From positions 39,600 to 103,599 of the forward strand of contig CALVXM010000001.1 of NCBI GenBank assembly GCA_944371305.1: a DNA stretch of 64,000 bases. The letters run 5' to 3'. Position 1 is the first letter of the stretch. Every line of letters begins with the position of its first letter. The stretch is from an uncultured Bacilli bacterium. GTDB lineage: Bacteria; Bacillota_I; Bacilli_A; RF39; UBA660. The notes below the pieces were generated by a model. The model ran no database searches, was not told the origin of the DNA, and saw nothing but the letters and a program-made list of their open reading frames with translations. A program made the translations under genes and the position numbers. This document shows positions 10,600 through 20,523 of the stretch, one piece after another.

Positions 10600-12354
10600 C
10601 TAAATTTTCAATACTTTTTGTTTAGCTTCTAGTTTTTCTAAAGCATCTTGTTCTAAGAAAGAATAATCAATTTTATCAGTTCCCGCTTTTCTAGGAAGTT
10701 CTGAAATAAACTCGATATAACTTGGAATTTCATATGATTTTAACTGTTCTTTTGTATTATTAGCTGTTAAAACTGGTTTTAAAAATTGTTCTTTAATACT
10801 ATCCATTACTTCCATCGAAGGTTCAACACCATCTTTTAAAACAATATATGCTTTATTTTTATATAACATTTCCTCATCAGGGACCTTAACAACCGCACAA
10901 TCACTGACATTATCCATATAAGAAATTAGATTTTGAATGCGATCACAATAAACTTTATTTAAGCTGGACATAATATAAAATCTTGATTCTCTACCAGTCA
11001 AAGTAAAATAACCATCTTCATCAATAGAACCTAAAGTACCTGTTTTGAAAAAGATTTTACCACCCCTTTCAAATTTAACTTCAGAAGTAGCTTTTTGATT
11101 TTTAAAATATTCTTTAAAAACATGTTTTCCTGAGACACATAACAATCCTACTTCATTATATTTTTTCTCTTCCATTGTCTCTGGATCAACTATAATAGCA
11201 TCAGTTCCAACCAATACTTTACCGGCAGTTTCTGGTCTAATTTCAATTCCCGTTGGATTGGTTCCACAACTAACTGTCTCCGCATTACCAGAACCATTAC
11301 CCATTTCAACATTTCTAGCGCCATGACTTTCTAAAAATTCTTTTCCTCTTTTAGAATGATTAGGAGTTAAAAAATCCCCACCTGATATAAAAGTTGTTAT
11401 CGATGATAAATCTTGGCTATCTTCGATATTTCTCATGATTAATTCTAATAAAGCTGGGCTTCCAAAAATAATATTCGGATTTTTCTTCAAGTAATAACTG
11501 ATTGTATCTTTAGATATATCAGGAGCTAGGATCGCTGTTTTACTACTTAATAAAGTCATTATTGTCGAAGTTACAAAACCATAAGGATAAGAAAATGGAA
11601 CACATACTAAAGTTTTATCACCATTTAAAGATTTAACATGACTAGAATTTTTTAAATAAGTACCCGCTGCTAAAACATTTTCATTAGTCAAAACAACCGA
11701 TTTGGGTTTACCAGTTGTTCCACTCGTAAACAAAATTAAACAATTATCTTTAGAATTATTATTAGGTAATCCTTTTTTTTGATATTTTGATATACTTTCC
11801 AAACTACTAAAATCAATAAAGGAATCATTATGAGTGATGTGATAATCTTTATCCATCAATAAATTATTTACTTTTGATTTATCTAGGGTAATTATATATC
11901 TTACACAGCTATTATTTTTAATTTCTTCATTTTCTAAATCGGTTTTATCAAAATTTATAAAAACTGAAGATTCAAAAGTATTAAGATAATCACATATTTC
12001 ATCTTTTGAAGCATTAGCATTTAAAAATGTCACAACTGCGCCGATTCGATTACAAGCTAAAAAAGTAGCTACTGCTTGATAATAATTAGGCATACAAACT
12101 GATACAATTTCACCTTTTTTTACGCCCAGTTCTTTCAAAGCTTTAGATATGATAACAGAATCATTAATTAATTGTTCATAAGATGCATTTAAATCAATGC
12201 AGTCAATGGCATCCTTCTTTTTATAAAAAGTATTTATTAATTGAATCGAATTATAAACACTCATATTAGGAATCACCGGATGTCGTGCAGAAAAAGAATA
12301 TCCATTATTTTGCGGTTTATCAATACTAGGATATCCAGTTAATTCTTTTTTCAT
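10600..12354 (-). CDS. AMP-dependent synthetase/ligase (adenylate-forming, ANL superfamily); start taken at MKKELTGY after a GGAGGGG Shine-Dalgarno
   Basis: AMP-binding motif LFTSGTTGKPKSV; about 585 aa; co-directional with mraY and murE. Confidence 0.8.
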   Translation of the reverse strand: MKKELTGYPSIDKPQNNGYSFSARHPVIPNMSVYNSIQLINTFYKKKDAIDCIDLNASYEQLINDSVIISKALKELGVKKGEIVSVCMPNYYQAVATFLACNRIGAVVTFLNANASKDEICDYLNTFESSVFINFDKTDLENEEIKNNSCVRYIITLDKSKVNNLLMDKDYHITHNDSFIDFSSLESISKYQKKGLPNNNSKDNCLILFTSGTTGKPKSVVLTNENVLAAGTYLKNSSHVKSLNGDKTLVCVPFSYPYGFVTSTIMTLLSSKTAILAPDISKDTISYYLKKNPNIIFGSPALLELIMRNIEDSQDLSSITTFISGGDFLTPNHSKRGKEFLESHGARNVEMGNGSGNAETVSCGTNPTGIEIRPETAGKVLVGTDAIIVDPETMEEKKYNEVGLLCVSGKHVFKEYFKNQKATSEVKFERGGKIFFKTGTLGSIDEDGYFTLTGRESRFYIMSSLNKVYCDRIQNLISYMDNVSDCAVVKVPDEEMLYKNKAYIVLKDGVEPSMEVMDSIKEQFLKPVLTANNTKEQLKSYEIPSYIEFISELPRKAGTDKIDYSFLEQDALEKLEAKQKVLKI

Positions 12355-12443
12355 TAAATACCCCTCCATCGGAATGTATGCTACCATAAATAAAAAAAAT
12401 TGTCAAATTATTTAAACAAAAAATTACTAACCAAAGTTAGTAA

Positions 12444-13433
12444 TTATATCCATACCCCCCATAAAATAGCGATAGCAGCTAAAACGATACCAAAAAACCA
12501 AAACATTTTAACGATATCTAATTCATGCCATCCTAATTTTTCAAAATGATGATGTAGTGGTGTCATCAAAAATATTCGCTTACCAGTAAATCTCACCGAC
12601 AATCTTTGTAATACACATACCAATGTTTCAACAACAAATACACCAGCTACAATAATTAAAGTTAATTCGTGGCTTGATACAATTGAAACAGCTGCTAAAG
12701 TCCCCCCTAAAGCAAGTGATCCTGTATCACCCATAAATACTTTAGCAGGATATGTATTAAAGAAACAGAAAGCTATTAAAGCTCCTACTAATATAAAACA
12801 AAATACACCAATATCTTCATTTCCTTGAATACCAAGTGAGGCCCATGCTATCATACCAAAAGCTAAGAAAGCTATTGCCGATAAACCACCAGCTAAACCA
12901 TCTAAACCATCAGTTAAATTAACTGCATTAGTAGAAGCAACCAGCATTAATAATATCAATATCCAATAAAACCACCCAAGATTAATAGTTATGCCTAAAG
13001 TATATATCTCTAAAACTGGATCTCTACCACCCTTCATAAATAAAATGAAGAAAACCACCGCAATAAGTATTTGACCGATTAGTTTTTGAAATTCACTCAA
13101 TCCAATATTATTATGTCGTTTAATAATCAAATAATCATCGATAAATCCAAGTAAGGCATAAGCTAGAAAAACAAAAATAACAGTTCCTAAATTATAAGTC
13201 ATTTCTAACTTATTCATCAACAATAATATCACAACTGATAAAATAGTCGGAATAATAAATATTAATCCACCCATAGTTGGTGTACCATCTTTTTCTTTAT
13301 GTTTTGATAAGAAAACACTCACACTTTGTTTAATATTCATCTTTTTTAGTAATGGTATTAACACAACACCAAAAATAATCGATAAAATAAATCCTATCAT
13401 GAACGCTAATACAGCCTTTGCTAAAATTAACAC
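12444..13433 (-). CDS. mraY: Phospho-N-acetylmuramoyl-pentapeptide transferase
   Basis: 10-TM protein, NAVNLTDGLDGLA signature, HHHFE motif (PLHHHFEKLGW). Confidence 0.9.
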   Translation of the reverse strand: MLILAKAVLAFMIGFILSIIFGVVLIPLLKKMNIKQSVSVFLSKHKEKDGTPTMGGLIFIIPTILSVVILLLMNKLEMTYNLGTVIFVFLAYALLGFIDDYLIIKRHNNIGLSEFQKLIGQILIAVVFFILFMKGGRDPVLEIYTLGITINLGWFYWILILLMLVASTNAVNLTDGLDGLAGGLSAIAFLAFGMIAWASLGIQGNEDIGVFCFILVGALIAFCFFNTYPAKVFMGDTGSLALGGTLAAVSIVSSHELTLIIVAGVFVVETLVCVLQRLSVRFTGKRIFLMTPLHHHFEKLGWHELDIVKMFWFFGIVLAAIAILWGVWI

Positions 13434-13451
13434 ATCATCATCTCCAATTGT

Positions 13452-14774
13452 TTATATATTTTCTAGTACTATTTTTTTATCATCAAAATCATATTTTATA
13501 TTATTAATAATTTGATAAGTCTCATGACCTTTTCCCAACACCAATAGTATATCATTAAAAGATAACATTTGTATACCCTTTATAATCGCTTTTTCTCTAT
13601 TTAAAATAATTTCATAATTAAACTTGTCAAGATTATGTAACATATCACTGATGATATTATTCGGATTTTCACTTCTTGGATTATCATTAGTAAATATAAC
13701 ATAATCGCTATTAGAACAAGCTATATCACTCATAATCGGTCTTTTAAAACTGTCTCGATCTCCCCCACATCCGATAATCGTTATAATATGATTAGGATTT
13801 AATTCCTTAACTGCTTTAATAACATTCAAAACAGCATCTGGAGTATGAGCATAATCAATAATAATTAAATTACTATCTTTTTTTATGATATCCATTCTTC
13901 CAGGTGGACAAACTAATTGTTCTATAACACTAGTATCTAAATTTAATTCACTTAATAAAGCTATTACGACTAATATATTATATAAATTATGTTTCCCAAT
14001 TAATTTAGTTTTATAACTAATATCGTTGACTTTAAAAGAACTTCCTTCCAAATTAATTACATAATCAGTTAGTTTATAATCACCGGATCCGATTCCATAA
14101 GTAATACTATTGTCTTTAATAAAATAATCTTTATATAAATCATCAATGTTGACAAAAGTTTTATCAGTTACATTTTCAAATAATACCTGTTTAGCTTTAA
14201 TATAATTATCGAAAGATTTATGATAATCCAAATGATCTTCAGTTAAATTAGAAAAAATACCATATTTAAATTTTAATTTATCTAGTCTTTTCATATCCAA
14301 GGCATGGCTACTACATTCCATCACCACATATTCGATATTATTTTCTACACATGTTAATAATAATTCATAGATCTCTAGAATATCTGGAGTAGTATTGGAT
14401 AAATCTTTAATTTTTTCATCTAAATAAAAACCAATTGTTCCAATATAAGCACATTTAATTCCCAGTTTATTTAAAGCCTGATAAATTAAAAAACAAGTTG
14501 TCGTTTTACCATTAGTACCAGTCATTCCAATCAATTTTAAATTTTTAATTTGATCATAATAATTATCATATAAATAATTAACTAAATAATTATGTGTATC
14601 TTCAGTCACAATTGTTTCAACATCATAATTACCTTCTTCAACTATCACTTTACTAGCGCCATTTTTAATAGCATCTAAAATGTAATCATGACCATCATGT
14701 GTTTTTTTTAATGCCACAAATATATCACCTTTCACAACTTTTCGTGAATCGTCTTTTATATTCAAATTAATCAC
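13452..14774 (-). CDS. murE: Mur ligase, MurE type (UDP-MurNAc-L-Ala-D-Glu--diamino acid ligase), canonical DNPR motif
   Basis: P-loop GMTGTNGKTTT; MurE-specific IFTNDNPRSENP near C-terminus; upstream of mraY. Confidence 0.85.
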   Translation of the reverse strand: MINLNIKDDSRKVVKGDIFVALKKTHDGHDYILDAIKNGASKVIVEEGNYDVETIVTEDTHNYLVNYLYDNYYDQIKNLKLIGMTGTNGKTTTCFLIYQALNKLGIKCAYIGTIGFYLDEKIKDLSNTTPDILEIYELLLTCVENNIEYVVMECSSHALDMKRLDKLKFKYGIFSNLTEDHLDYHKSFDNYIKAKQVLFENVTDKTFVNIDDLYKDYFIKDNSITYGIGSGDYKLTDYVINLEGSSFKVNDISYKTKLIGKHNLYNILVVIALLSELNLDTSVIEQLVCPPGRMDIIKKDSNLIIIDYAHTPDAVLNVIKAVKELNPNHIITIIGCGGDRDSFKRPIMSDIACSNSDYVIFTNDNPRSENPNNIISDMLHNLDKFNYEIILNREKAIIKGIQMLSFNDILLVLGKGHETYQIINNIKYDFDDKKIVLENI

Positions 14775-14831
14775 CCATTATATTTTATTCAAATGGTTAA
14801 AAAATGTGGTAAAATATAGTTGGTGAAGATA

Positions 14832-16586
14832 ATGAAAAAAATTATTTTGTTATTAATTTTAATTTTTCCTTTTAAAATTACTGCTTTAGAACAAGCTGTT
14901 GTCGATATTAATGAATTAAATATTTATGAACTACAAGAATATGTCGACAAAGGATATTTAACTTATGAAAAAATCGTTAAACTATATTTAGATCGAATCA
15001 ACGAATATAATGAACAATATAACGCTTTAATCACAGTTAACGAAAATGCTTTAGAAGAGGCTAAAAAGTTAGATTTAGAATATCAAGAGAAAGGTAGACG
15101 TAGTCTAATTCATGGGCTACCAGTTATTGTAAAAGATAACATCGATGTTAAGGGATTACCTACTACTAATGGCGCTAAAGGATTGCTAGATGCCTATCCC
15201 AATGAAAATGCTGATGTCGTTCAAAAATTAATCGATAACGGCGCTATTATTATTGCCAAAGCTAATATGGATGAATTTGCTTTCAACGCTACTTATTCTC
15301 ATAGTAGTTTTGGCGATGTTTATAACGCTTATAATACTGCTTATTCATCTTATGGGTCTTCTGGGGGAAGTGCTGTTAGTGTAGCAAGTAATTTAGCCGT
15401 TTTTGCTTTAGGAACCGATACAGGAAGTTCAGTTAGAGTCCCAAGTAGTGCTAATGGTGTTGTTGGAATTAGACCTAGTTTTGATATTATGAGTGGTAAA
15501 GGTGTAATTAAATTTGAAGAAACAAGAGATGTTGTCGGTGTTATAACCAAATATGTTAGCGATAATGCCATTGTTTTAAACATTATCGATGAAGTCGATA
15601 TTAATTATGAACAATATTTAAATAAGCCACTAGATGGAATCAAGATAGCAGTCATCAAAGGATTTATGAATCCTAATACCAACAGTACTAGTGTGGCTTA
15701 TGGAAAAACTGACCAATTTATCTATGACATGATGAATGATGCTATTGAAGATTTAGAAAATTTGGGTGTTGAAATTATTTATCTAGATAATTTTTATTTA
15801 AATTATCAATTTGATGCCACAACAATGTGTTACAATTTTAATGAACATATAAAAAATACTTCTAGTAAAATTAGAAGTTTAGATGATTTAATTAAAAATG
15901 GTGGTTATACGCAATATATCGAAGGTTATAATGGTTATTATTGTAATCATGATTACAAATTAACAAACACTTATAAAAACTATATCAATAATCGTAATAA
16001 TAATATCAAAACTGCCAATAATAGATTTGAAAGTAATGATATTGATGCGATCATCTACCCTACTTTAAAAACAGAATTATATACTATCGAAGAAGCCAAA
16101 TATAAAAAAATTCACACTCCAAGTTCAGACACAGCACCTTTAATTGGATTCCCTGCTATGAGTATTTTAATTGGATACTATAATAATTTACCTTATGGTA
16201 TGGAAATAATGGCTCAAGCTAATAATGAAAAAGTTATTTATCAAATTGCTAGTGCTTATGAAAAATTGCACAATTATTATAAAACTCCTAGTATCGCTCC
16301 TAGTCTTTATGAAATACCTGATAATACTAATAAATTATTAGAATATTACGATAAATATAAAGACAATAAAAAATATGAAGAAATCAATAGTAAAGTTAAA
16401 AACTATTTAATTAATTTTGATGGTAATAGTGATAATATTAATAATTTAATTAACAAATATGAGGAAGAATTAGTAACCCCTGATATCAACAATGAAGATA
16501 ACATCAAAAACCAAAATTATAACTATATTATTATTTTACTAGGAGTATTGGTAGCTGTTATTATTATTAAGAAGGTGAGAAAATGA
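14832..16586 (+). CDS. Amidase-signature (AS) family amidase with N-terminal signal peptide and C-terminal TM anchor (predicted extracytoplasmic); start at ATG 14832 (ORF track uses upstream TTG)
   Basis: Signal-like N-terminus MKKIILLLILIFPFKITA; AS core GSSGGSAVSVA and GTDTGSSVRVP; C-terminal hydrophobic YIIILLGVLVAVIIIKKVRK. Confidence 0.75.
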   Translation: MKKIILLLILIFPFKITALEQAVVDINELNIYELQEYVDKGYLTYEKIVKLYLDRINEYNEQYNALITVNENALEEAKKLDLEYQEKGRRSLIHGLPVIVKDNIDVKGLPTTNGAKGLLDAYPNENADVVQKLIDNGAIIIAKANMDEFAFNATYSHSSFGDVYNAYNTAYSSYGSSGGSAVSVASNLAVFALGTDTGSSVRVPSSANGVVGIRPSFDIMSGKGVIKFEETRDVVGVITKYVSDNAIVLNIIDEVDINYEQYLNKPLDGIKIAVIKGFMNPNTNSTSVAYGKTDQFIYDMMNDAIEDLENLGVEIIYLDNFYLNYQFDATTMCYNFNEHIKNTSSKIRSLDDLIKNGGYTQYIEGYNGYYCNHDYKLTNTYKNYINNRNNNIKTANNRFESNDIDAIIYPTLKTELYTIEEAKYKKIHTPSSDTAPLIGFPAMSILIGYYNNLPYGMEIMAQANNEKVIYQIASAYEKLHNYYKTPSIAPSLYEIPDNTNKLLEYYDKYKDNKKYEEINSKVKNYLINFDGNSDNINNLINKYEEELVTPDINNEDNIKNQNYNYIIILLGVLVAVIIIKKVRK

Positions 16587-17995
16587 AATTAAATCAATTA
16601 ATCGATTGTCCTTATGATACTCTAATAACCGGCATTAAAACTAACTCGGTTAATATTCAAAAAGGAGATTTATTTATTTGTATCGATAGTAAGACAATGG
16701 ATCGTCATCTATTTATCGATGACGCTATTAAAAAAGGGGCAGCAGCCATTATCGTCAAAAATGATGTCAAAGAAAAATCTGTACCAATTATTAAAGTAGA
16801 TGACCCTAATGAAGTATTTGTCGATATTATCAATAAATTTTATAATTACCCTACTGATAAATTACAAATGATAGGAATAACTGGTACCGATGGTAAAACC
16901 ACAGTAGCTACAATTATTTATCAGTTGATAGATAATTGTGCCTATATTGGTACTAATGGTATTTTTTATAATAATCACAAAGAAAAGACAAACAATACTA
17001 CCCCCGCTTTAGATAAAACTTATCCCCTTTTCGTTGATATGATTAATAATAATATTAAAACCGTCAGTATGGAAGTATCTAGTGAAGCTATTTTATATGA
17101 ACGGGTTAGAGGCATAAAATTTAATTGTGCAATTTTGACTAATATTACAAAAGAACATTTAAATACTCATAAAACTTTAGAAAACTATATTAATTGCAAA
17201 TGTCAATTGTTTGAAAATACCATTGGACCTTGTATTTTAAATAAAGATGATGAACATTACTTAGAAGTAGCTAAACATTGTAATAAAACAGTATATACCT
17301 ATGGCAGTAAAGAAGATAACGATTTATATTTTAAAGATGTAATTTTGAAACATAATCAAACTATTTTTAAACTAGTTTATCAAAATAAAGAATATGAAAT
17401 TATTAGTCCTTTAATTGCTTTATTTAATGTCTATAATTTATGTGCTAGTATTTTAGCGTTAGTATCATTGGGTTACGATATTGATAAGATTATTAAAAAT
17501 ATTCCTAAATTAAATATTAGTGGACGACTTGAAAATATTGATTTAGGCCAAGATTTTAAAGTTATTGTCGATTATGCCCATACCCCTAATGGAATAGCTA
17601 AATTATTAGAATTTATCAATAGTTTAGACTTTAATCGTTTGATTGTCGTCTTTTCTGAACCCGGAGAAAGGGATAAATCAAAACGTGCTATTAAAGGTTA
17701 TAATGTCATTACTAATTGTGATTATGCAATTATAACTAGTCAAGATCCTAGAAGTGAAAATCCAATGGATATAGCTAATGATCTAATTAGTGATGTTAAA
17801 AATTATCAAAATTATGAAATTATTTTAAACCGTAGTGACGCTATTAAAAAAGCTATCGATATGGCTAAATCAAATGATATTGTTTTAATTCTTGGTAAAG
17901 GAAGTGAAAACTATCAAATTTTAAGTGATAAAATTATTGAATTTTGTGATATTGATGAAGTTAAAAAACATTTAAAAAATCTACTTTCAAAGTAG
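16583..17995 (+). CDS. Second Mur ligase, MurE-like paralogue with variant QDPR motif (candidate for adding a non-canonical residue to the peptide stem)
   Basis: P-loop GITGTDGKTTVA; C-terminal IITSQDPRSENP in place of DNPR; 470 aa; translationally coupled (4-nt overlap) to the amidase. Confidence 0.8.
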   Translation: MKLNQLIDCPYDTLITGIKTNSVNIQKGDLFICIDSKTMDRHLFIDDAIKKGAAAIIVKNDVKEKSVPIIKVDDPNEVFVDIINKFYNYPTDKLQMIGITGTDGKTTVATIIYQLIDNCAYIGTNGIFYNNHKEKTNNTTPALDKTYPLFVDMINNNIKTVSMEVSSEAILYERVRGIKFNCAILTNITKEHLNTHKTLENYINCKCQLFENTIGPCILNKDDEHYLEVAKHCNKTVYTYGSKEDNDLYFKDVILKHNQTIFKLVYQNKEYEIISPLIALFNVYNLCASILALVSLGYDIDKIIKNIPKLNISGRLENIDLGQDFKVIVDYAHTPNGIAKLLEFINSLDFNRLIVVFSEPGERDKSKRAIKGYNVITNCDYAIITSQDPRSENPMDIANDLISDVKNYQNYEIILNRSDAIKKAIDMAKSNDIVLILGKGSENYQILSDKIIEFCDIDEVKKHLKNLLSK

Positions 17996-18005
17996 ATTTT
18001 TTATT
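17975..18005. terminator. Bidirectional intrinsic terminator between murE-like (+) and Doc/Fic-like (-) genes
   Basis: A-run, hairpin ctactttcaaagtag, T-run; overlaps the TAG stop of the murE-like gene. Confidence 0.65.
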
Positions 18006-18011
18006 ATATAT

Positions 18012-18815
18012 TTATTTTTTTATATAAGTCTTTTCTTCATCTTTTTTTAATTCTTCTGAAATATCCAAATCATAAATAGAATCACATATTTTATAGTAAT
18101 AAAATTGATTTAAAGAAGTATAATCTCTTTTTTTCATAGCTTTCATTAAAGCATCTTTATATTCAGCTCGCTCTTTTGTTTTAACATAAACAGGCGGTAA
18201 ATTATATTGTTTAAACATCAAATTTAATAAAGCTCTAAATGTTCTTTTATTTCCATCATTAAACGGTTGTACTCTAATTAATTCGGTAGTAACATAAATA
18301 CAAGCATTAATATAATCAAATATCGAATAAGGATCATTAAAATCAACTTTAGGTAAATCTTTACCAATGAATGATTGAAAATAACTTCTCGCTTCTTCAT
18401 AATTAGGAACTTCGATAATTTCATTTTTTAAAACAGCAGAACCATCTCTTAACTTTCCCCCAAACTCTGGATAAGGACATTCAGAAAATAATAACATATG
18501 AATTTTCATTGCTTCGATGAATATATCAAATTTTTGTTTACTAAAGTCATAACTTTTGATATATTCATAAGCTTTAGCTAGGCCTTTTCTCTCCTCTTCT
18601 AAAAGAGTTTGATCGATTCGACTTTCATTATATAAATAATATCTTTTAAAATTATCGTAAATTATTTTAAAATGTGGTTTTTGATTAGATTTATAATACA
18701 TCGTAATAATTTGTTCTGGAATTAAACTATCTTTTTTATACAAACGATGTTCTTCTTTTCTTTTTCGATAACCTTCAAATACTAAAACAATAAAATCTCT
18801 TAATTCATTTTCCAT
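18012..18815 (-). CDS. Fic/Doc-family protein with non-canonical motif QPFNDGNKR (Doc-like HxFxD(A/G)NKR signature but with Gln replacing the catalytic His)
   Basis: Sequence IRVQPFNDGNKRTFRALLNLMF at residues about 180-200 of 267; no adjacent Phd-like antitoxin ORF. Confidence 0.55.
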   Translation of the reverse strand: MENELRDFIVLVFEGYRKRKEEHRLYKKDSLIPEQIITMYYKSNQKPHFKIIYDNFKRYYLYNESRIDQTLLEEERKGLAKAYEYIKSYDFSKQKFDIFIEAMKIHMLLFSECPYPEFGGKLRDGSAVLKNEIIEVPNYEEARSYFQSFIGKDLPKVDFNDPYSIFDYINACIYVTTELIRVQPFNDGNKRTFRALLNLMFKQYNLPPVYVKTKERAEYKDALMKAMKKRDYTSLNQFYYYKICDSIYDLDISEELKKDEEKTYIKK

Positions 18816-18850
18816 ATAATCCCCTCCTTAGTAGTTTCATATTATATTTC

Positions 18851-18885
18851 AAATTAAAACGTTTGTCAAATTGACAAACGTATCA
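18851..18885 (-). terminator. Intrinsic terminator downstream of the membrane-Mur ligase gene
   Basis: Hairpin aacgtttgtcaaattgacaaacgt with flanking T-rich run on the minus strand. Confidence 0.6.
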
Positions 18886-20478
18886 TTATTTTTCATTAAA
18901 CACATCTGGTAAATCGTTTTCTAATAAAATATAAGTTTCTTGATTATTAAAATATGTTTGAGCTATTTTGATAGCTTCTTTAACATCATTTAAAACCAGC
19001 AATTTCTTATTATCAAAGCCAGCTTCGATAATTCCTTTTTGAATTGGTTTAGTTTGTTCAGATCCTACTAAAATGGCTAAATCAACAGAAGTAGCAATAA
19101 ATTTACCAAAATTATAATTAACTTCGTATTGCTTATCACCCATTTCAATCATCCCCGGTGTGATAACAATTTTTTTACCTGGCATCAATTTCAAAACATC
19201 TAAAGCCATTTTAGAACCGATTGGATTTGAATTATAAGCATCATCAATATAAGTTAGATGACCATATTTTTTAATTTGCAGACGATGTTCAATCGGTTTA
19301 ATTTGATTAACTCCTCTTTGCAATTCATTGATATTTAATCCTAATTCATACCCAACGGCAATACCAGCCAAAATATTATAAACATTCGCATCCCCTAATA
19401 ATTTGGTATTAAATTCATAAGATTTTTTATCACCTTTAAAGTGAACTTTAAAATTCATGCCACTACTAGAATATTTAATGTCACTAGCGTAGACATCAGC
19501 TTTATCGCTTAATCCATACCAAACTATTTTTATTTTATTTTTTAAATTGTATTTAACTTGTAATTCATCATCAATATTTAAAAAACCAACTCCATTTGGT
19601 GGTAAACTTTCGATAAGTTCAAATTTAGCTTGTGTCGTATTGGCAATAGATCCGAATGTATCTAAATGAGCTGTCCCTATTTTAGTTAAAACACCATATT
19701 TAGGTTTTACTATACTAGCTCGTGATTTAATATCCCCTTTTCTAAATGCCCCTAATTCAGCGATAAAATAATCGTTATATTTATCAATATATTCGTTAAT
19801 AGTTCTAATTAAACCATAATTGGTATTAAAATTTTGCGGAGTTGGAAAGGCGATGTATTTTATATTTAAGATATCATTAATAATATTTTTAGTACTAGTT
19901 TTACCATAACTACCTGTAACGCCAATAACTTCCATGTTATTTAAAGTTTTTAACTTTTTCATAGCCTTACTTTTATAATATAAATATACTAATTTTTCAA
20001 CTGGTTTATTGATAATATTAACTAGGTAAACAATATGATAGTTAAAATAAATTAAACTACCTAAAATAAAATAATATAAAAATAAATTAGACTCATTGAA
20101 TGTTAAAAATATCAAGATAAGAGGAATACTATATAAAATTAAAGTAGTGATACACATTCTTTTAATTCTACTAGTAAAAGCAAGTGGTTTTTTTACCTGT
20201 TCATTTCGATATTTATTTAATAATACATATGATAAAAGGAAATAATATACTGTTATAATGACACTAAGTAAATTATTATCGATAAAAATACCAAGAATAA
20301 CAATGAATAAATATAGATAATCTAACCAAGTAAAAATAAAAGAAGCATTATTATTGATCCATTTTAAATAACGATTACCATCATTGTACCAATTTTGTTG
20401 AAGCATATGAAAAGCTTTTTTTAAATCAATGATAGTATAAACTAACATACTTAGTAAAGCCAAAAGAAATAAATTCAT
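18886..20478 (-). CDS. Mur ligase family protein (MurF-like C-terminal DDAYNSNP motif) with an unusual N-terminal polytopic membrane domain of about 170 aa
   Basis: About 5 predicted TM helices in residues 1-170; P-loop GVTGSYGKTSTKNII; DDAYNSNPIGS motif; 530 aa. Confidence 0.7.
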   Translation of the reverse strand: MNLFLLALLSMLVYTIIDLKKAFHMLQQNWYNDGNRYLKWINNNASFIFTWLDYLYLFIVILGIFIDNNLLSVIITVYYFLLSYVLLNKYRNEQVKKPLAFTSRIKRMCITTLILYSIPLILIFLTFNESNLFLYYFILGSLIYFNYHIVYLVNIINKPVEKLVYLYYKSKAMKKLKTLNNMEVIGVTGSYGKTSTKNIINDILNIKYIAFPTPQNFNTNYGLIRTINEYIDKYNDYFIAELGAFRKGDIKSRASIVKPKYGVLTKIGTAHLDTFGSIANTTQAKFELIESLPPNGVGFLNIDDELQVKYNLKNKIKIVWYGLSDKADVYASDIKYSSSGMNFKVHFKGDKKSYEFNTKLLGDANVYNILAGIAVGYELGLNINELQRGVNQIKPIEHRLQIKKYGHLTYIDDAYNSNPIGSKMALDVLKLMPGKKIVITPGMIEMGDKQYEVNYNFGKFIATSVDLAILVGSEQTKPIQKGIIEAGFDNKKLLVLNDVKEAIKIAQTYFNNQETYILLENDLPDVFNEK

Positions 20479-20523
20479 AACCTTTCCTCCTAATTAATAT
20501 TATTTGAAGTTTTAAAATTATTA

